A stretch of 64,000 nucleotides of DNA from Parcubacteria group bacterium (GCA_041659685.1 JBAZXV010000001.1:24226-88225); one strand, 5' to 3'; counted from the first letter of the stretch, positions 10,501 through 20,354 are shown. Program-made: numbers and translations. Notes: a model not told the origin generated them from the sequence alone.

Positions 10501-10699
10501 AATGATAGCTGACGGATTAAACGGTTTTGTGGCAAAATCAATTTCTGCAAGAGGTATTGATGAGTGTCTGGAATGGGCATGGAAAAAAAGAAGGGAGTGG
10601 AAAAAGTTGGGCGAAAACGCAGGAAAAATAGTGCGTGATAAAGTCCCTGAATTTCCTCATAAGCAGAGCATCGAAGAAATTGAAAAACTATTAAGCTAA
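7562..10699 (+). CDS. tri-domain glycosyltransferase fusion (GT4-like, GT2, GT4-like)
   Basis: 1045 aa. N-terminal GT4 E-x7-E region 'EAFPLSILEAMAFSLPIISTDVYGISEQIEDGKDGLL'. Central GT2 'VSVVVPNYNYENFLEERLRSIVLQTYKPYEIIFLDDNSKDGS'. C-terminal GT4 'RMEGTPISLVDSLLCYRMAIVTPVGGMPEMIADGLNGFV'. Overlaps upstream gene by 29 nt. Confidence 0.75.
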   Translation: MVYSGSKKTNRKSILLVTHNLNLEGAPLFLFNLAKGLKKMGYYVNLLSPSDGPLKDTFLREGIDVDISDFAAKEFDSSSFKGKYVAIIVNTIVGYKFLSKIDLKKEKTIWCLHESEREIYFRAFPDLEKSIFARVGKVVFSSKATREVYEDLNISGNFTIINTVGDWKEIDNYLKNNSKEKVRERYGFKESDVLISQIGTICPRKGQFELTEAAVSILKKSNNPNIKFLLIGGGRGYELEKTIRKLISANGLRDRIIIVNETEQIFDYYLMSDIFICNSYIEAFPLSILEAMAFSLPIISTDVYGISEQIEDGKDGLLIMAGDKKELEKKILYLLENKKKAKELGKNARKKIDYEFGFDEMINKYSRLISSKASGAHLKVSVVVPNYNYENFLEERLRSIVLQTYKPYEIIFLDDNSKDGSVELAKNFLSKIDIPHKIIKNESNVGCFKQWARGVREAVGDLIWIAEADDSCEPDLLEELATKFEDPEMGLAYTQSRRIDEFGKKEETYLPYLESIPGAGSRWKKDYINSGADEISKYLIIKNTIVNASAVLMRKSLLVDLGENIGEGLSQAGDWITYVRILSKSKIAFVAAPLNYHRHHSKTIVSRSGENTEAKAKQLIDETLYVQKFILSRFKVNRRRLTFALEHLKLVFRNNFRKELDASSEYSDKLKDYYEAAKNSQKRILFFSTNDGWGGSEVACAKMAQSFAAAGWRVALVMRKHDPRPDLLNSIDSGSSIELFEREPGDYCNSDETSEFVNEFDADIVYISQGHAFESAELMRWCKKNEFKYVNFIPLVTEYQLTFVNDKKDIEKNGELLRASKKIFLDNQNAKKVMRKMFNIAFDNFKIIRNGFDVQYHQEFVWNEPKGDEFKLAFIGRLENVHKGLDMLIEVLSMKKWKGRPLKVMTYGHGPSEESIRQTLERNKMSNFVLCGYTNNLKDSIQGVHGVIFPSRMEGTPISLVDSLLCYRMAIVTPVGGMPEMIADGLNGFVAKSISARGIDECLEWAWKKRREWKKLGENAGKIVRDKVPEFPHKQSIEEIEKLLS

Positions 10700-10704
10700 A
10701 TATA

Positions 10705-11646
10705 ATGCAAAAAAAGAAAATATTGATTCTCGGCGCGGACGGTTTTCTTGGCAGCAACCTTGCCAAATCTTTGCTGGCGGACGGAAAATATGAGATCAGA
10801 GCGTTCGATCTTTTTAGGGACGGAATCAGCCGGAATCTGGCAGGGCTTGAGAAAAAACTTGAAATATTCCCGGGTAATTTTCTCAACCGGGAAGACATCA
10901 GGAGGGCTCTCAGGGGAATCGATTTTGTTTTTCACTATATCTCCCTTACAACGCCCGGATCATCAATGAGTGAGCCTCTTATTGACGTTGACACGAATAT
11001 CCGGGGCACAGTTGTTTTGCTTGAAGAGTGCGCCAGGGCGAAAGTGAAAAGGATAATATTTTCTTCCTCCGGAGGCGCGATATACGGAAACCAGGAAAAG
11101 AAAAAATTGAACGAAGACGATCCGCAAAATCCAATTTCCCCCTATGCGATATCAAAACTTACAATCGAAAAATATCTGGAATATTTCAGGCTTAACCATG
11201 GCCTTGATTATTTGATTCTGCGCTACTCCAATCCGTACGGGCCGGGACAGAATATCGTCGGAAGCCAGGGAATCATTCCCATATTCCTAAATTTGGTCAA
11301 GCAAAATAAACCAATTACGGTTTTTGGAGACGGAGAGAACACGAGGGATTATATTTTTATTGATGATGCGATTGAAAACACGAAAAAAATAGCGTTCAAG
11401 CGAGGGGTGGGACATTACATATATAATTTGGGAAAAGGCGAGGGAGAGACAATCAATGATGTGATTGATGTTATAAAAAAAGTGACGGGAGAAAAAATAA
11501 AAATTAAAAAAATGCCCGCAAGGAGCGTTGATGTGAGGAGAATTGTGCTTGGCACAGAGAGAATAAAAAAGGAAATTAATTATTCTCTTAACACTAATTT
11601 AGAAAGGGGAATCAAAAAGACCCTGGACTGGATCAGGAGCAGATAA
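10705..11646 (+). CDS. NAD-dependent epimerase/dehydratase (extended SDR)
   Basis: 'ILILGADGFLGSNL' Rossmann GxxGxxG; 'YAISKLTIE' Y-x3-K catalytic motif; 313 aa. Confidence 0.8.
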   Translation: MQKKKILILGADGFLGSNLAKSLLADGKYEIRAFDLFRDGISRNLAGLEKKLEIFPGNFLNREDIRRALRGIDFVFHYISLTTPGSSMSEPLIDVDTNIRGTVVLLEECARAKVKRIIFSSSGGAIYGNQEKKKLNEDDPQNPISPYAISKLTIEKYLEYFRLNHGLDYLILRYSNPYGPGQNIVGSQGIIPIFLNLVKQNKPITVFGDGENTRDYIFIDDAIENTKKIAFKRGVGHYIYNLGKGEGETINDVIDVIKKVTGEKIKIKKMPARSVDVRRIVLGTERIKKEINYSLNTNLERGIKKTLDWIRSR

Positions 11647-11703
11647 TTATCAGCTAATTCGCATACTTTAATTAATCTTATAAGAAGGGCGGGAATATAA
11701 GCC

Positions 11704-13404
11704 TCAATTTTCGTGTTTGCGGTTTTTGCTGATAATTTTGTCCTCTATCCAAAGAGTGGTCGGAATAAGACTTAAGGATATAAAGAGAAAAATAAGGGGA
11801 TATATGGGACTCAAATAGAGAATGATGATTGAGTGAAATGCTGATACATTAATAATTGATAACAGGATAATTCTGGCAAATATTGCTCCTAAAAGTGAAA
11901 GGGCAATAATCCAGGGAATGTTTTGTATAATTTTTCCTTTCAGGAAGGTTATAAAAAAAATAATGGCGGATAAAAACAGAATGAAAGGCATAATAATTCG
12001 ATACAACTTTGTAATAAAATTCAATATTTCCAATTTGAAATGGCTGTTTTCCTTTGATGCCACATCAGCATAAGTTATGTGGCCGAACAATTGGAGAGAT
12101 TCGTTGTCGCCCACGCTTTCTGATGGCGTTGCAGTGAATCCTTCTAGCCCGGATATAAATACTACCGATTCGCGGACTGAATCTAGCATGGGCTTATTAT
12201 AATTGCTATTCCAGGGCGATGTCATGGATGCTCTTTTTGGGTAACAATCCAATTTTTTCTGGTCGCAGGCTGAATTTACTTCGTCAGCTAATCTCTGATA
12301 GTATTCAATGGCTTTTTTCCCGTTAGAATAATATCCGGCTTGGGCGACTGCATCCCGAAAGGTCCACATAAACCAACCCCCCTTAATCTCGTTCACTCCG
12401 TCTTTTTCCGAGTTCGTGATTGATGTGGCTGTCCATCCTTTTCCAAGATCACCTTCAAGAAACGGCTTTAATTCAGAAAAAGCCGGACTGAACGGATAAA
12501 TCTCAAGGCGTTTTTGGGTAGAAACCGGAACATCTTTTATCCACTGGCCGTCCTTCACCCTGGTCAGTGATCCGTAGGCGCTCAAAAATTGAGGAGCTTT
12601 GAACTCCACAACATTATAAATTCCATATTCGTAATAATTTATTGCCGAAACAAGATTGATCGAAAATAATAAAATTATAAATGGCAGAAAAATCAGGAAT
12701 ATTTTCGTTTTCAGCTGTTGCATTTTTTCTTTCCAAACCGTGTAAATAGAATAAACTGTCATGATCGCCAAAAGGGGGGACAGCCAGACGCCTTCCTCTC
12801 TTGTGAGCCAAAAGGCGGAAAGCGCGAAGCCAGCGATCAGGGACCATAAAAATATTCTTTGAGGCTTTTCTTTCATGCGCAGAGCCAAGCCGATAAAAAG
12901 AGCAGCCATTAAAAGTGTCAGAGGCTGATATATTCCTTCGCGAATAACTCTGGTGGCGGGATCATTTGCGAAACTTACAGGGTTAAATAAGACAATAATG
13001 TAGATCGCCATAAGAGGCCAGCGGCGTTTCTCGAAGACAGGTTTTAATCCGAGAACTAAAACGACAGAGGCTGCGATATAAAGCAAATGCTCTGAAACTA
13101 ACAAGGGAATATGAAGCGCATGATTAAGCGCAATCCACATCGGGTAAAACGGGCCCTTTGCCAGCGTCATGTTACTATATTCCCCAAGCCAATCCAGATG
13201 CATCAAATTCAAAGCCTGATTGATAAATAACCTGTCATCGTGTACCGCAAATCCTATGGCGTATTCATGCTGGCCGCCAACCAAAAACAGCTTAACGCCG
13301 GCCAGGGTAATGATGATAAGCCAAACCCAAAAAGAAAATCCACTCTTTTGATTCAAGAATTTGTTGACGCGATTCAGCTTGTTGATGATATTATTATTTT
13401 CCAT
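11704..13404 (-). CDS. polytopic membrane protein, putative GT-C-fold glycosyltransferase
   Basis: 566 aa, >10 predicted TM segments, first extracytoplasmic loop 'AVHDDRLFINQALN' (acidic motif as in GT-C enzymes). Start codon abuts stop of upstream GT2 (13406). Confidence 0.45.
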   Translation of the reverse strand: MENNNIINKLNRVNKFLNQKSGFSFWVWLIIITLAGVKLFLVGGQHEYAIGFAVHDDRLFINQALNLMHLDWLGEYSNMTLAKGPFYPMWIALNHALHIPLLVSEHLLYIAASVVLVLGLKPVFEKRRWPLMAIYIIVLFNPVSFANDPATRVIREGIYQPLTLLMAALFIGLALRMKEKPQRIFLWSLIAGFALSAFWLTREEGVWLSPLLAIMTVYSIYTVWKEKMQQLKTKIFLIFLPFIILLFSINLVSAINYYEYGIYNVVEFKAPQFLSAYGSLTRVKDGQWIKDVPVSTQKRLEIYPFSPAFSELKPFLEGDLGKGWTATSITNSEKDGVNEIKGGWFMWTFRDAVAQAGYYSNGKKAIEYYQRLADEVNSACDQKKLDCYPKRASMTSPWNSNYNKPMLDSVRESVVFISGLEGFTATPSESVGDNESLQLFGHITYADVASKENSHFKLEILNFITKLYRIIMPFILFLSAIIFFITFLKGKIIQNIPWIIALSLLGAIFARIILLSIINVSAFHSIIILYLSPIYPLIFLFISLSLIPTTLWIEDKIISKNRKHEN

Positions 13405-13405
13405 A

Positions 13406-14533
13406 TTACTCTTTTTCCATTACTGCTCTTAAAAAAGAAAAGGAAATGAAAGAAACTCCCATGAAGATGAAATAAAGGCCGAATATCGCAAGCCGGGAAA
13501 GATTGATGTCATGAAAACCGTTCTTTGCCCAATCCACGAAAATGACGGCGTCGGCCAGAATGCCCAGAAATAGGACAATTCCTCCGGTAACAAGGCTCTT
13601 TTCGAGAGTCACTTTTTTCATCCAGGTGACGATTTTATCCTTTGTATAATAATTATTCAAGTGAGAATAAAGCTTAATAATCATTCCCATTTCAAAAACC
13701 GATATGCCGACAATGCTCAGGGTGAGGCCGATAATCATGGAATGGACATCCATATAAATGTCGCCGAAAACGAAAGGGCCGCGAATTTGAAGAAGGAGTA
13801 AAATTGATCCAATGACAAAAGCAGTCAGAGCCGGCCAGATGAAAACGAAATTCGGGGCATAGAGGAGCATGAATTTCAGATGGCGCCAGCCGTCCCGCCA
13901 GGTGTTGAGATGCGGAGCTTTGTCTCTTTTGTCCCTGTAGAGAGTAATCGGAATTTCTTTGATTCGAAGCTTAAGGATGCCAGTTTTTATGATCATTTCG
14001 GAAGCAAACTCCATTCCGGCGGAAGAAAGGCGAAGTTTTTCAAAAGCCTTTTTTGTGAGGCCGCGCATGCCGCAGTTGCAATCCGATATTTTCGTGCCAA
14101 AAAACAGGTTTAAAACAAAAGTAAGGACAGGCGTTCCCAGATAGCGATGCAGAAAGGGCATAGCTCCGTCTTCGATCTTTCCCTTGAGTCTCGTTCCCAT
14201 CACGATATCATATCCTTCCCGGAGATATTTTACGAATTCATCAATCTCCTCGAAATTATAGGAATCATCGGCATCGCCCATGATTAAGAATTTTCCTCCG
14301 GCGTTTTCAAATCCGCATCGCAGGGCGTTTCCATAGCCCTTTTGGGGGCAATGAACAACTCTGGCACCGAGTGATTCGGCGACAGACACTGAATTATCGG
14401 TGGAGCCATTATCCGAAACAATTACCTCTCCGTCGATATTTAACCTTTTCAAGCTTTCCAACGCCTTTCTGATTACAATGGGAAGGGTTTTCTCCTCATT
14501 GAGACAGGGGATAATTATTGATAATTCAAGCAT
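13406..14533 (-). CDS. GT2 polyprenol-phosphate sugar synthase (ArnC/GtrB/Dpm1-like) with C-terminal TM helices
   Basis: 'LSIIIPCLNEEKTLP', 'VIVSDNGSTDNS', 'GYGNALRCGF', 'MGDADDSY', 'CGMRGLTKKAF'. Hydrophobic C-terminus (~4 TM). Confidence 0.8.
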   Translation of the reverse strand: MLELSIIIPCLNEEKTLPIVIRKALESLKRLNIDGEVIVSDNGSTDNSVSVAESLGARVVHCPQKGYGNALRCGFENAGGKFLIMGDADDSYNFEEIDEFVKYLREGYDIVMGTRLKGKIEDGAMPFLHRYLGTPVLTFVLNLFFGTKISDCNCGMRGLTKKAFEKLRLSSAGMEFASEMIIKTGILKLRIKEIPITLYRDKRDKAPHLNTWRDGWRHLKFMLLYAPNFVFIWPALTAFVIGSILLLLQIRGPFVFGDIYMDVHSMIIGLTLSIVGISVFEMGMIIKLYSHLNNYYTKDKIVTWMKKVTLEKSLVTGGIVLFLGILADAVIFVDWAKNGFHDINLSRLAIFGLYFIFMGVSFISFSFLRAVMEKE

Positions 14534-14647
14534 ATTTATTATTCTTTCTGCTATTATGTGATTATTATTCTAATCCTATTATCACTTATTTACAGTAAAT
14601 TGAAAAGAGAAATATCTTATATGCAACAAAATAAAGCAAATATTTTG

Positions 14648-16483
14648 TTACTTGAACACTTTTATGTTGGTTGAGTCGAATTTTTGGTCTATGTCGGATG
14701 ATTCTATCCGGAGGCTTATTAATCTTCTATGATAAACTTTTTCTAATTGATTAATATTTAAAGAAACAAGATTTGAGTTCGTAGTATCTGAGTTTTCTTC
14801 ACTAAATTCGCTGTCGCCTTCAAACAGATAGTATAACTTATCAGTTTCGCCCTCGTTCGGATTGAATAATATTACCGACAGATTATTCGTATCAATAATA
14901 AATCGATTATTATCAGAAGTGGCCGAGTATTCTGATTCAGATATCTCCTTGAGATCGTTCAATCCAATCATCGCATCAGAAGCATTAGCGGGGGTGGTTT
15001 CGCCTTCAATTTTTGTGTTTATGTATGTGTTGACTGCCTCTTTCTTTTGAAGTAATTTGATAAACTCAGAGTGGCCTTGATTGAGTTGGTATATGTACTC
15101 TAAATTTAAGGTAAGCGGAACCAGCGCCAAGGCTATGCCCAGTATTGAAAAAACAATCCTGGATTTTATTCCGGAAATCAAATAAAAAAGATAGCTAAAA
15201 AATATTGCGATCAAAACAATTATTGGGTGAAGGTGCCTCCCCATCATTGCATGCCAGTTTCCATAAAACGAAGCGGCTATTATTTGAAAAATTCCTCCGA
15301 TTGTACCCGCGCTCAAAATTAAAAAAAACAGAAATAATTTATAGCCTCTTTTTTTTCCAATAAAGTAAAGGCTAACGGCCAGCATCATGATTGCGCCAAT
15401 AATCCAAAGATAATTTAAATATCGCGCCAATTGGAAAAAATTCAGATTCCAATGCGGAAGAAAATTGATATTGGTTTCTTCGGGCACCCAGATTTGTTTC
15501 ATAAAAGTAGGAAATGATGATCGGACATAATTCAAATCAATATCTTTATGTCTCGGATTGTCAAATCCAAATTCTGCTTGCTGTACCGTTGCCTGTTTAT
15601 TGGCGGTAAAAGTTCCGTAGTGATTCTTATTGAAGAGAAGCCACGGAAAAATGATGAGAACTGCAACAAAGGAATAGATTAACGAATTAACTATAAAATT
15701 CTTTCTTTTTATCAGGAAAAATAAAAAAACCAATGGAACCACAAATAATACCGCAAATCTTGATAAAATAGCCAAGGCGGTAAAGATACCCATTATGGCC
15801 GCATCATTCGGGGATGCTTGCCGCTCAGGGCTGGCAATAAACTTGCTCATCCACCAAAAAATTAATGAAACAAAGACAACTGGCAGTATGGAATTACCGA
15901 TAGTGACTGCGCGAACGACGATCGAGGGGGTAAATCCGACTATTATTAAGGCCGCAAGAGCGATTAAAAGCTTTTTCCGGACGAATAAGTGATTAATATT
16001 TTCAAATATCTTATAAGCAACGAAAACCAGTGCAAGCAGCTGTATTACTCCCAGAAATCTTAAGAAAAAAGTTTTATAAACAAAACTTGCTCCCGCTGCC
16101 TTATAGAAAGGCAATGCGAGCAGATAATATAAGGGTGGCTGGAAGGCTTCGTATTGCATGCCGGCTAAGCCGTTAGTTTTTGGATCAACCTTAAAAATAT
16201 TACTATCAACGTGCCACTGAAAATTTATGATTTTACCATCAGTGTAATCTGTGAGCAACGGCAATCGCCCATAATCATCCATGAATGTAATGTAAGCAAA
16301 ATGTGCCGACTCATCTACCGGATTGAAATACGGCATTAAAAACATATACATTATTCCGTTAACCAGAAGGATTGCCAAAATAATCCAAATGAAGTATTTC
16401 TTAAAGGGAACAGGGTCGTAAAAAAGAGCAGCGCAAAAAAGGCCAAAAATTAAAATAGTAGGAATATAGAACAATAAAGGCAT
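14648..16483 (-). CDS. GT-C membrane glycosyltransferase (PMT_2/ArnT-like)
   Basis: 611 aa polytopic. Loop-1 'FNPVDESAHFAYI' (DE motif) and 'YEAFQPPLYYLL' resembling the HPPL block of PMT/ArnT-family enzymes. Confidence 0.6.
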   Translation of the reverse strand: MPLLFYIPTILIFGLFCAALFYDPVPFKKYFIWIILAILLVNGIMYMFLMPYFNPVDESAHFAYITFMDDYGRLPLLTDYTDGKIINFQWHVDSNIFKVDPKTNGLAGMQYEAFQPPLYYLLALPFYKAAGASFVYKTFFLRFLGVIQLLALVFVAYKIFENINHLFVRKKLLIALAALIIVGFTPSIVVRAVTIGNSILPVVFVSLIFWWMSKFIASPERQASPNDAAIMGIFTALAILSRFAVLFVVPLVFLFFLIKRKNFIVNSLIYSFVAVLIIFPWLLFNKNHYGTFTANKQATVQQAEFGFDNPRHKDIDLNYVRSSFPTFMKQIWVPEETNINFLPHWNLNFFQLARYLNYLWIIGAIMMLAVSLYFIGKKRGYKLFLFFLILSAGTIGGIFQIIAASFYGNWHAMMGRHLHPIIVLIAIFFSYLFYLISGIKSRIVFSILGIALALVPLTLNLEYIYQLNQGHSEFIKLLQKKEAVNTYINTKIEGETTPANASDAMIGLNDLKEISESEYSATSDNNRFIIDTNNLSVILFNPNEGETDKLYYLFEGDSEFSEENSDTTNSNLVSLNINQLEKVYHRRLISLRIESSDIDQKFDSTNIKVFK

Positions 16484-16504
16484 TCCGCTCGAGATTAAGA
16501 TTAA

Positions 16505-17926
16505 TTATTTTTGCTCTTCATGATATTCCTGATCAGCGTTTACTTTCCAGATATCATGTTTCATTCCTAAGATATTTTCAGCGGCGTATACTCCTGTCAG
16601 AATGGAATGATCCATGTTGTTATACTTAAACATTCCATATCTTCCAATCGGCTGGAGATTTTCAAACTGATTCAGGTAATCTTTAATTAATTGGATATTC
16701 TCCGGGTAAGTGGAGTCATAAACCGGATATGCTTTTGGAGTGCGGGCGATGAATCCGTCGACAAAGCTGGATTTTTTGCCCAAACCAATCTTTTCCAGTT
16801 CGTCCAATCCGATTTCATTCAATTTTCCGTCCGGGGTCTGCCAAAAATCATCTCCTTCGGTGCAAAAATATTCAAGGCCTAAAGCGGTCTTGTTTTTATC
16901 CGCCAGCATATAAGGGCTCCAGTTTCCGAAATTCTGGATGCGTCCCATTTTTACTTCCGGAGCGTGGATATAAATCCACGTATCCGGAAAGGGGCTGGGG
17001 GAATCCAGGATCACGTTGATGGTCAGGAGGCTCCGGTATGTCAGTTTATCAGCGGCCTTCGCAACTTCAGACGGGACTGCAGGAGACATCCGCTTTATTA
17101 GTTCCGTGATAGGCATGCTGGAAAGAAAATGATCAGCAGTGTATTCATTCTCGCTTCCGTCATGGTCTTTGACGACAACACTTTCAACCTTGAAATTATT
17201 GTGATTTATCTTAATAATTTCCTTTTCCATAAGGATCTGACTAGCAGTCTTGTTTATATTTTCGGCCATTTTTTCATACATCATTCCCGGACCGTATTTC
17301 GGATATTTAAATTCGTCAATCAGGGTTTTCGGAGTTCCTTTTCTGTTGGGGAAGAGAGCGTTTTTTATGACTGTCCTGAAGGAGAGTCCTTTGATGCGCT
17401 GAGCCACCCATTCGGCCTGCATTTCTGTGCAGGGTATGCCCCATAATTTTTCGTTATAGGTCTTGAAAAAAGTCAGATATAGTTTTTTCCCGAAGCGGTT
17501 GGTGACCCATTGCTCGTAATTATTTTCTTCTTTATAGGGAAATAATTTGGATTGAAAATAACTCGCTAGAATTAAAAACGATTCCAAAATTCCTAGTTTT
17601 GATAGCGCATCAAAAGGTTTGACGGGGTAGGCAAAAAACTTTTTGCGATAATACATCCTGGAAAGCCGGGGGCGGATAAGAAAATCTTCGCCCAAAGTTT
17701 CATTCCAGAGTTCGTTGACTTCTTTGGATTTAGTGAAGAAGCGATGGCCGCCGAGATCAAATCTGTATCCTTTATATTGGAGGGTTTTGCTTATGCCTCC
17801 AACTTGCTTGTCTTTTTCGAATATCAATGCCCTTTTTCCATTTTTTGCCAATTTAATGGCTGCTGCGAGACCTGCAGGGCCTGCCCCGAAAGCGATTACA
17901 TCAGTTGTTTTGTCAATCTCCGTCAT
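16505..17926 (-). CDS. UDP-galactopyranose mutase-like FAD-dependent oxidoreductase
   Basis: 'VIAFGAGPAGLAAAIKLA' dinucleotide fold; 'RFGKKLYLTFFKTYNEKLWGIP' aligns with Glf '[21 protein letters not shown]'; 'GRYGMFKYNNMDHSI' aligns with Glf 'GRLGTYRYLDMDVTI'. 473 aa (longer than E. coli Glf). Confidence 0.6.
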   Translation of the reverse strand: MTEIDKTTDVIAFGAGPAGLAAAIKLAKNGKRALIFEKDKQVGGISKTLQYKGYRFDLGGHRFFTKSKEVNELWNETLGEDFLIRPRLSRMYYRKKFFAYPVKPFDALSKLGILESFLILASYFQSKLFPYKEENNYEQWVTNRFGKKLYLTFFKTYNEKLWGIPCTEMQAEWVAQRIKGLSFRTVIKNALFPNRKGTPKTLIDEFKYPKYGPGMMYEKMAENINKTASQILMEKEIIKINHNNFKVESVVVKDHDGSENEYTADHFLSSMPITELIKRMSPAVPSEVAKAADKLTYRSLLTINVILDSPSPFPDTWIYIHAPEVKMGRIQNFGNWSPYMLADKNKTALGLEYFCTEGDDFWQTPDGKLNEIGLDELEKIGLGKKSSFVDGFIARTPKAYPVYDSTYPENIQLIKDYLNQFENLQPIGRYGMFKYNNMDHSILTGVYAAENILGMKHDIWKVNADQEYHEEQK

Positions 17927-17947
17927 TTTATGCTTTTTTATATTAAA

Positions 17948-18991
17948 TTATGATATCCATTTTAGAATTTTTATTATGCCCATTTTGGCAGCCTGTTTAT
18001 GAGCTGAGACATCCTTTCGATTCCTGATCTCATTTAGGTGATCATGGTAGTATTGATAGGATTTCCAGAGCATTTCTTCATTTGTCAGAGTTGGTTTCCA
18101 GCTTAATTCAGTTTTTATTTTATTTGTGTCAAAAACAAAATCTTCGGCTATCATCTTATATTGATATGGTCCAAGGGGAGAGAGTTTCAGCGCGTAAGCC
18201 ATTTTCATAAGCAAGATAGTTAATTTTCTGGGCAGGGCGGCTATTCGCGCTCCAGTTCCGGCCTTATCAATTACATATTGGTAAACTTCTTTGAAACTTT
18301 TGACATTATCTGATCCAATATTAAAAATTTCGGTTTTGTTATAGTTAAGCGACCTGACGCAGGCATCTATCATATCCTGGGCATAAATGAATTGATATTG
18401 ATTATTTCCGCCTCCCACAACCCATACTTTGCGGCCTTCATCTATGAACTCAAAAAGAATAGCCAGCAAGCCGAGTCTGCCGGCATCAATAATAGTCGGG
18501 CTGCGAAAAATAATGCTGTGGAAATATTTTTCATACTCAAGCAGTATTTTTTCTCCTTCCAGTTTTGATTTTCCATATATTTCAACCGGATTGGGTTTAT
18601 CATCCTCTCTTACGGGTCTTTTGAGATTCTCAGCCCAAAGACAATTGGAAGAAATAAAAATGACTCTCGGAACATGATATTTTTTAGCAAATTCGGCGAT
18701 GTTTTTCGTTCCGTTTACGTTGCTTTCCCAAAGAAAATTTTTGTCTTTAACGGCGTGAGCTAAAATTGCCGCACAGTGAAAAACAGCGTCGAACTCATGT
18801 TCGGAAAATATTCTTTCCAGGGTTTCAATTTTTCTTATATCTCCCTGGATTGACACTAAATTTGGATGTGCGCAATTGTCTCTTTCTAAATCAACGTTGA
18901 CGCATAAAAATCCTTTTTTAAGCAGTTCTTCTTTCAGTAATCCTCCAAAAAAACCGGATCCGCCGGTGATCAACAATTTATTCATAGACAT
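17948..18991 (-). CDS. NAD-dependent epimerase/dehydratase
   Basis: 'LLITGGSGFFGG'; 'YGKSKLEGE' Y-x3-K; 347 aa. Confidence 0.75.
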   Translation of the reverse strand: MSMNKLLITGGSGFFGGLLKEELLKKGFLCVNVDLERDNCAHPNLVSIQGDIRKIETLERIFSEHEFDAVFHCAAILAHAVKDKNFLWESNVNGTKNIAEFAKKYHVPRVIFISSNCLWAENLKRPVREDDKPNPVEIYGKSKLEGEKILLEYEKYFHSIIFRSPTIIDAGRLGLLAILFEFIDEGRKVWVVGGGNNQYQFIYAQDMIDACVRSLNYNKTEIFNIGSDNVKSFKEVYQYVIDKAGTGARIAALPRKLTILLMKMAYALKLSPLGPYQYKMIAEDFVFDTNKIKTELSWKPTLTNEEMLWKSYQYYHDHLNEIRNRKDVSAHKQAAKMGIIKILKWIS

Positions 18992-19433
18992 TTTGTTTAA
19001 TTATTTTGATATTGCTGTTAAAAGCAAAATATTTTATAAGAGTGAAATTGACTAAGACCGCTGCTCCAGTGGCGATAATTTTTGAAAAAAATAAACTATC
19101 AAATTTTGCTGTTCCGATCAAAAATATCAAAACTGCTTCATTGGTTGCCAGCCCTCCAATACTCGAAGCATAATGCCGAAAAATAGCTGTCCAAAGAGAC
19201 AGTGTTTTGCGATCGAAAATGAATGCATTTGAGAGAATAAAATTAGTTATAGTTCCAAGCGTGAAACTCAGAAATACGGCGATTCTGTAGTCTATTGAAA
19301 ATGATTTTGCGAGAATCATAAAAAATCCGACATCAACAATTGCGGCAAATCCTCCTGCGAAGATATAGCGAAAAAATTGTATATGAACAGAATCGGTCTT
19401 ATTTTTAAAATATTTGTTTATTAGTTTTTGCAT
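18978..19433 (-). CDS. GtrA-family small membrane protein (polyprenol-P-sugar flippase-like)
   Basis: 151 aa, 4 TM, 'FFRYIFAGGFAAIVDVGFFMIL' typical GtrA N-terminus. 14-nt overlap with downstream epimerase. Confidence 0.6.
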   Translation of the reverse strand: MQKLINKYFKNKTDSVHIQFFRYIFAGGFAAIVDVGFFMILAKSFSIDYRIAVFLSFTLGTITNFILSNAFIFDRKTLSLWTAIFRHYASSIGGLATNEAVLIFLIGTAKFDSLFFSKIIATGAAVLVNFTLIKYFAFNSNIKIIKQNVYE

Positions 19434-19637
19434 TAAGCTTGATTATTTCCTTCTGAAGTTATTATTTTTTATATCTCAATAATTCCCTTATATATTAGCA
19501 AATTTATCAAAAAAGCAATAATCGAGAGCCTTATTCCTGTCGATTTTTTCCTCCTGAAATCTTAATGAAATATTTCTACCTATTCGATATTTATTGAGAC
19601 TTTAATTTCTGTTGTTGAATATATCCGGGATATTAGT

Positions 19638-20354
19638 TTACTGGAATAAATTAAATTTCACAATACACCAAATGGCTTCCACGCCGTCTTTCCATCCGAT
19701 TTTTTTCCCTTCGGCGTAGGTTCGCCCGGAATAGGAAATTCCCACTTCATAGATCCGGCAGGCGTTAATCTTGCTGAGTTTTGCGACTTTCGCCACGAGC
19801 TCCGGCTCTATTCCGAATCTTTTTGATTTCAGTCCCGGGGCGATTTTTTCGAGAACCTCTTTCGTGAAGGCTTTATAACAGGATTCCATATCGGTGAGAT
19901 TGAGGTTCGTCAGCATATTCGAGAGTCCGGTCAGGAATTTGTTTCCGAGAAAATGCCAGTAATAAAGCACGCGGTGCGGCCGGTGGCTGAGAAACCGGGA
20001 ACTAAAAACCGCGTCCGCTTTTCCTTCCAGTATGGGCCCGATAATGTCGGCGTATTCGTCCGGATTATATTCGAGATCGGCGTCCTGAACGATAATAATA
20101 TCGCCGGTGGCGTTTTTGAAGCCGGTTCTGAGCGCGGCGCCCTTGCCCTGGTTTTTTTCGTGGTGAGAAACTTTGTGCTTTTCTTCGTATTTTTCAAGGA
20201 TTTCTTTTGATTTGTCGCGGCTATGGTCGTTGACCAATATGATTTCCTTTTGCAGACCCAAAACATTTGCGTTTTCAACCGCCGAAATTATTTTCTCGAG
20301 GGTCCTTTCCTCGTTATAGACCGGTATGACAACTGATATTTTTTCGTATCTTTT
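19638..20354 (-). CDS. GT2 polyprenol-phosphate glycosyltransferase, soluble Dpm1-like
   Basis: Track ORF (to 20564) is over-extended across the upstream gene. Start re-set to ATG 'MKRYEKISVVIPVYNEE'. 'IVQDADLEYNP', 'DMESCYKAF'. Confidence 0.8.
   Translation of the reverse strand, partial: KRYEKISVVIPVYNEERTLEKIISAVENANVLGLQKEIILVNDHSRDKSKEILEKYEEKHKVSHHEKNQGKGAALRTGFKNATGDIIIVQDADLEYNPDEYADIIGPILEGKADAVFSSRFLSHRPHRVLYYWHFLGNKFLTGLSNMLTNLNLTDMESCYKAFTKEVLEKIAPGLKSKRFGIEPELVAKVAKLSKINACRIYEVGISYSGRTYAEGKKIGWKDGVEAIWCIVKFNLFQ

Noticed and set aside
10431-10969. Overlapping ORFs 10431..10898(-), 10696..10935(-), 10748..10969(+)
   Set aside because: They overlap the ends of the GT fusion and the epimerase gene. 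Both real genes have clear conserved motifs and these ORFs do not.
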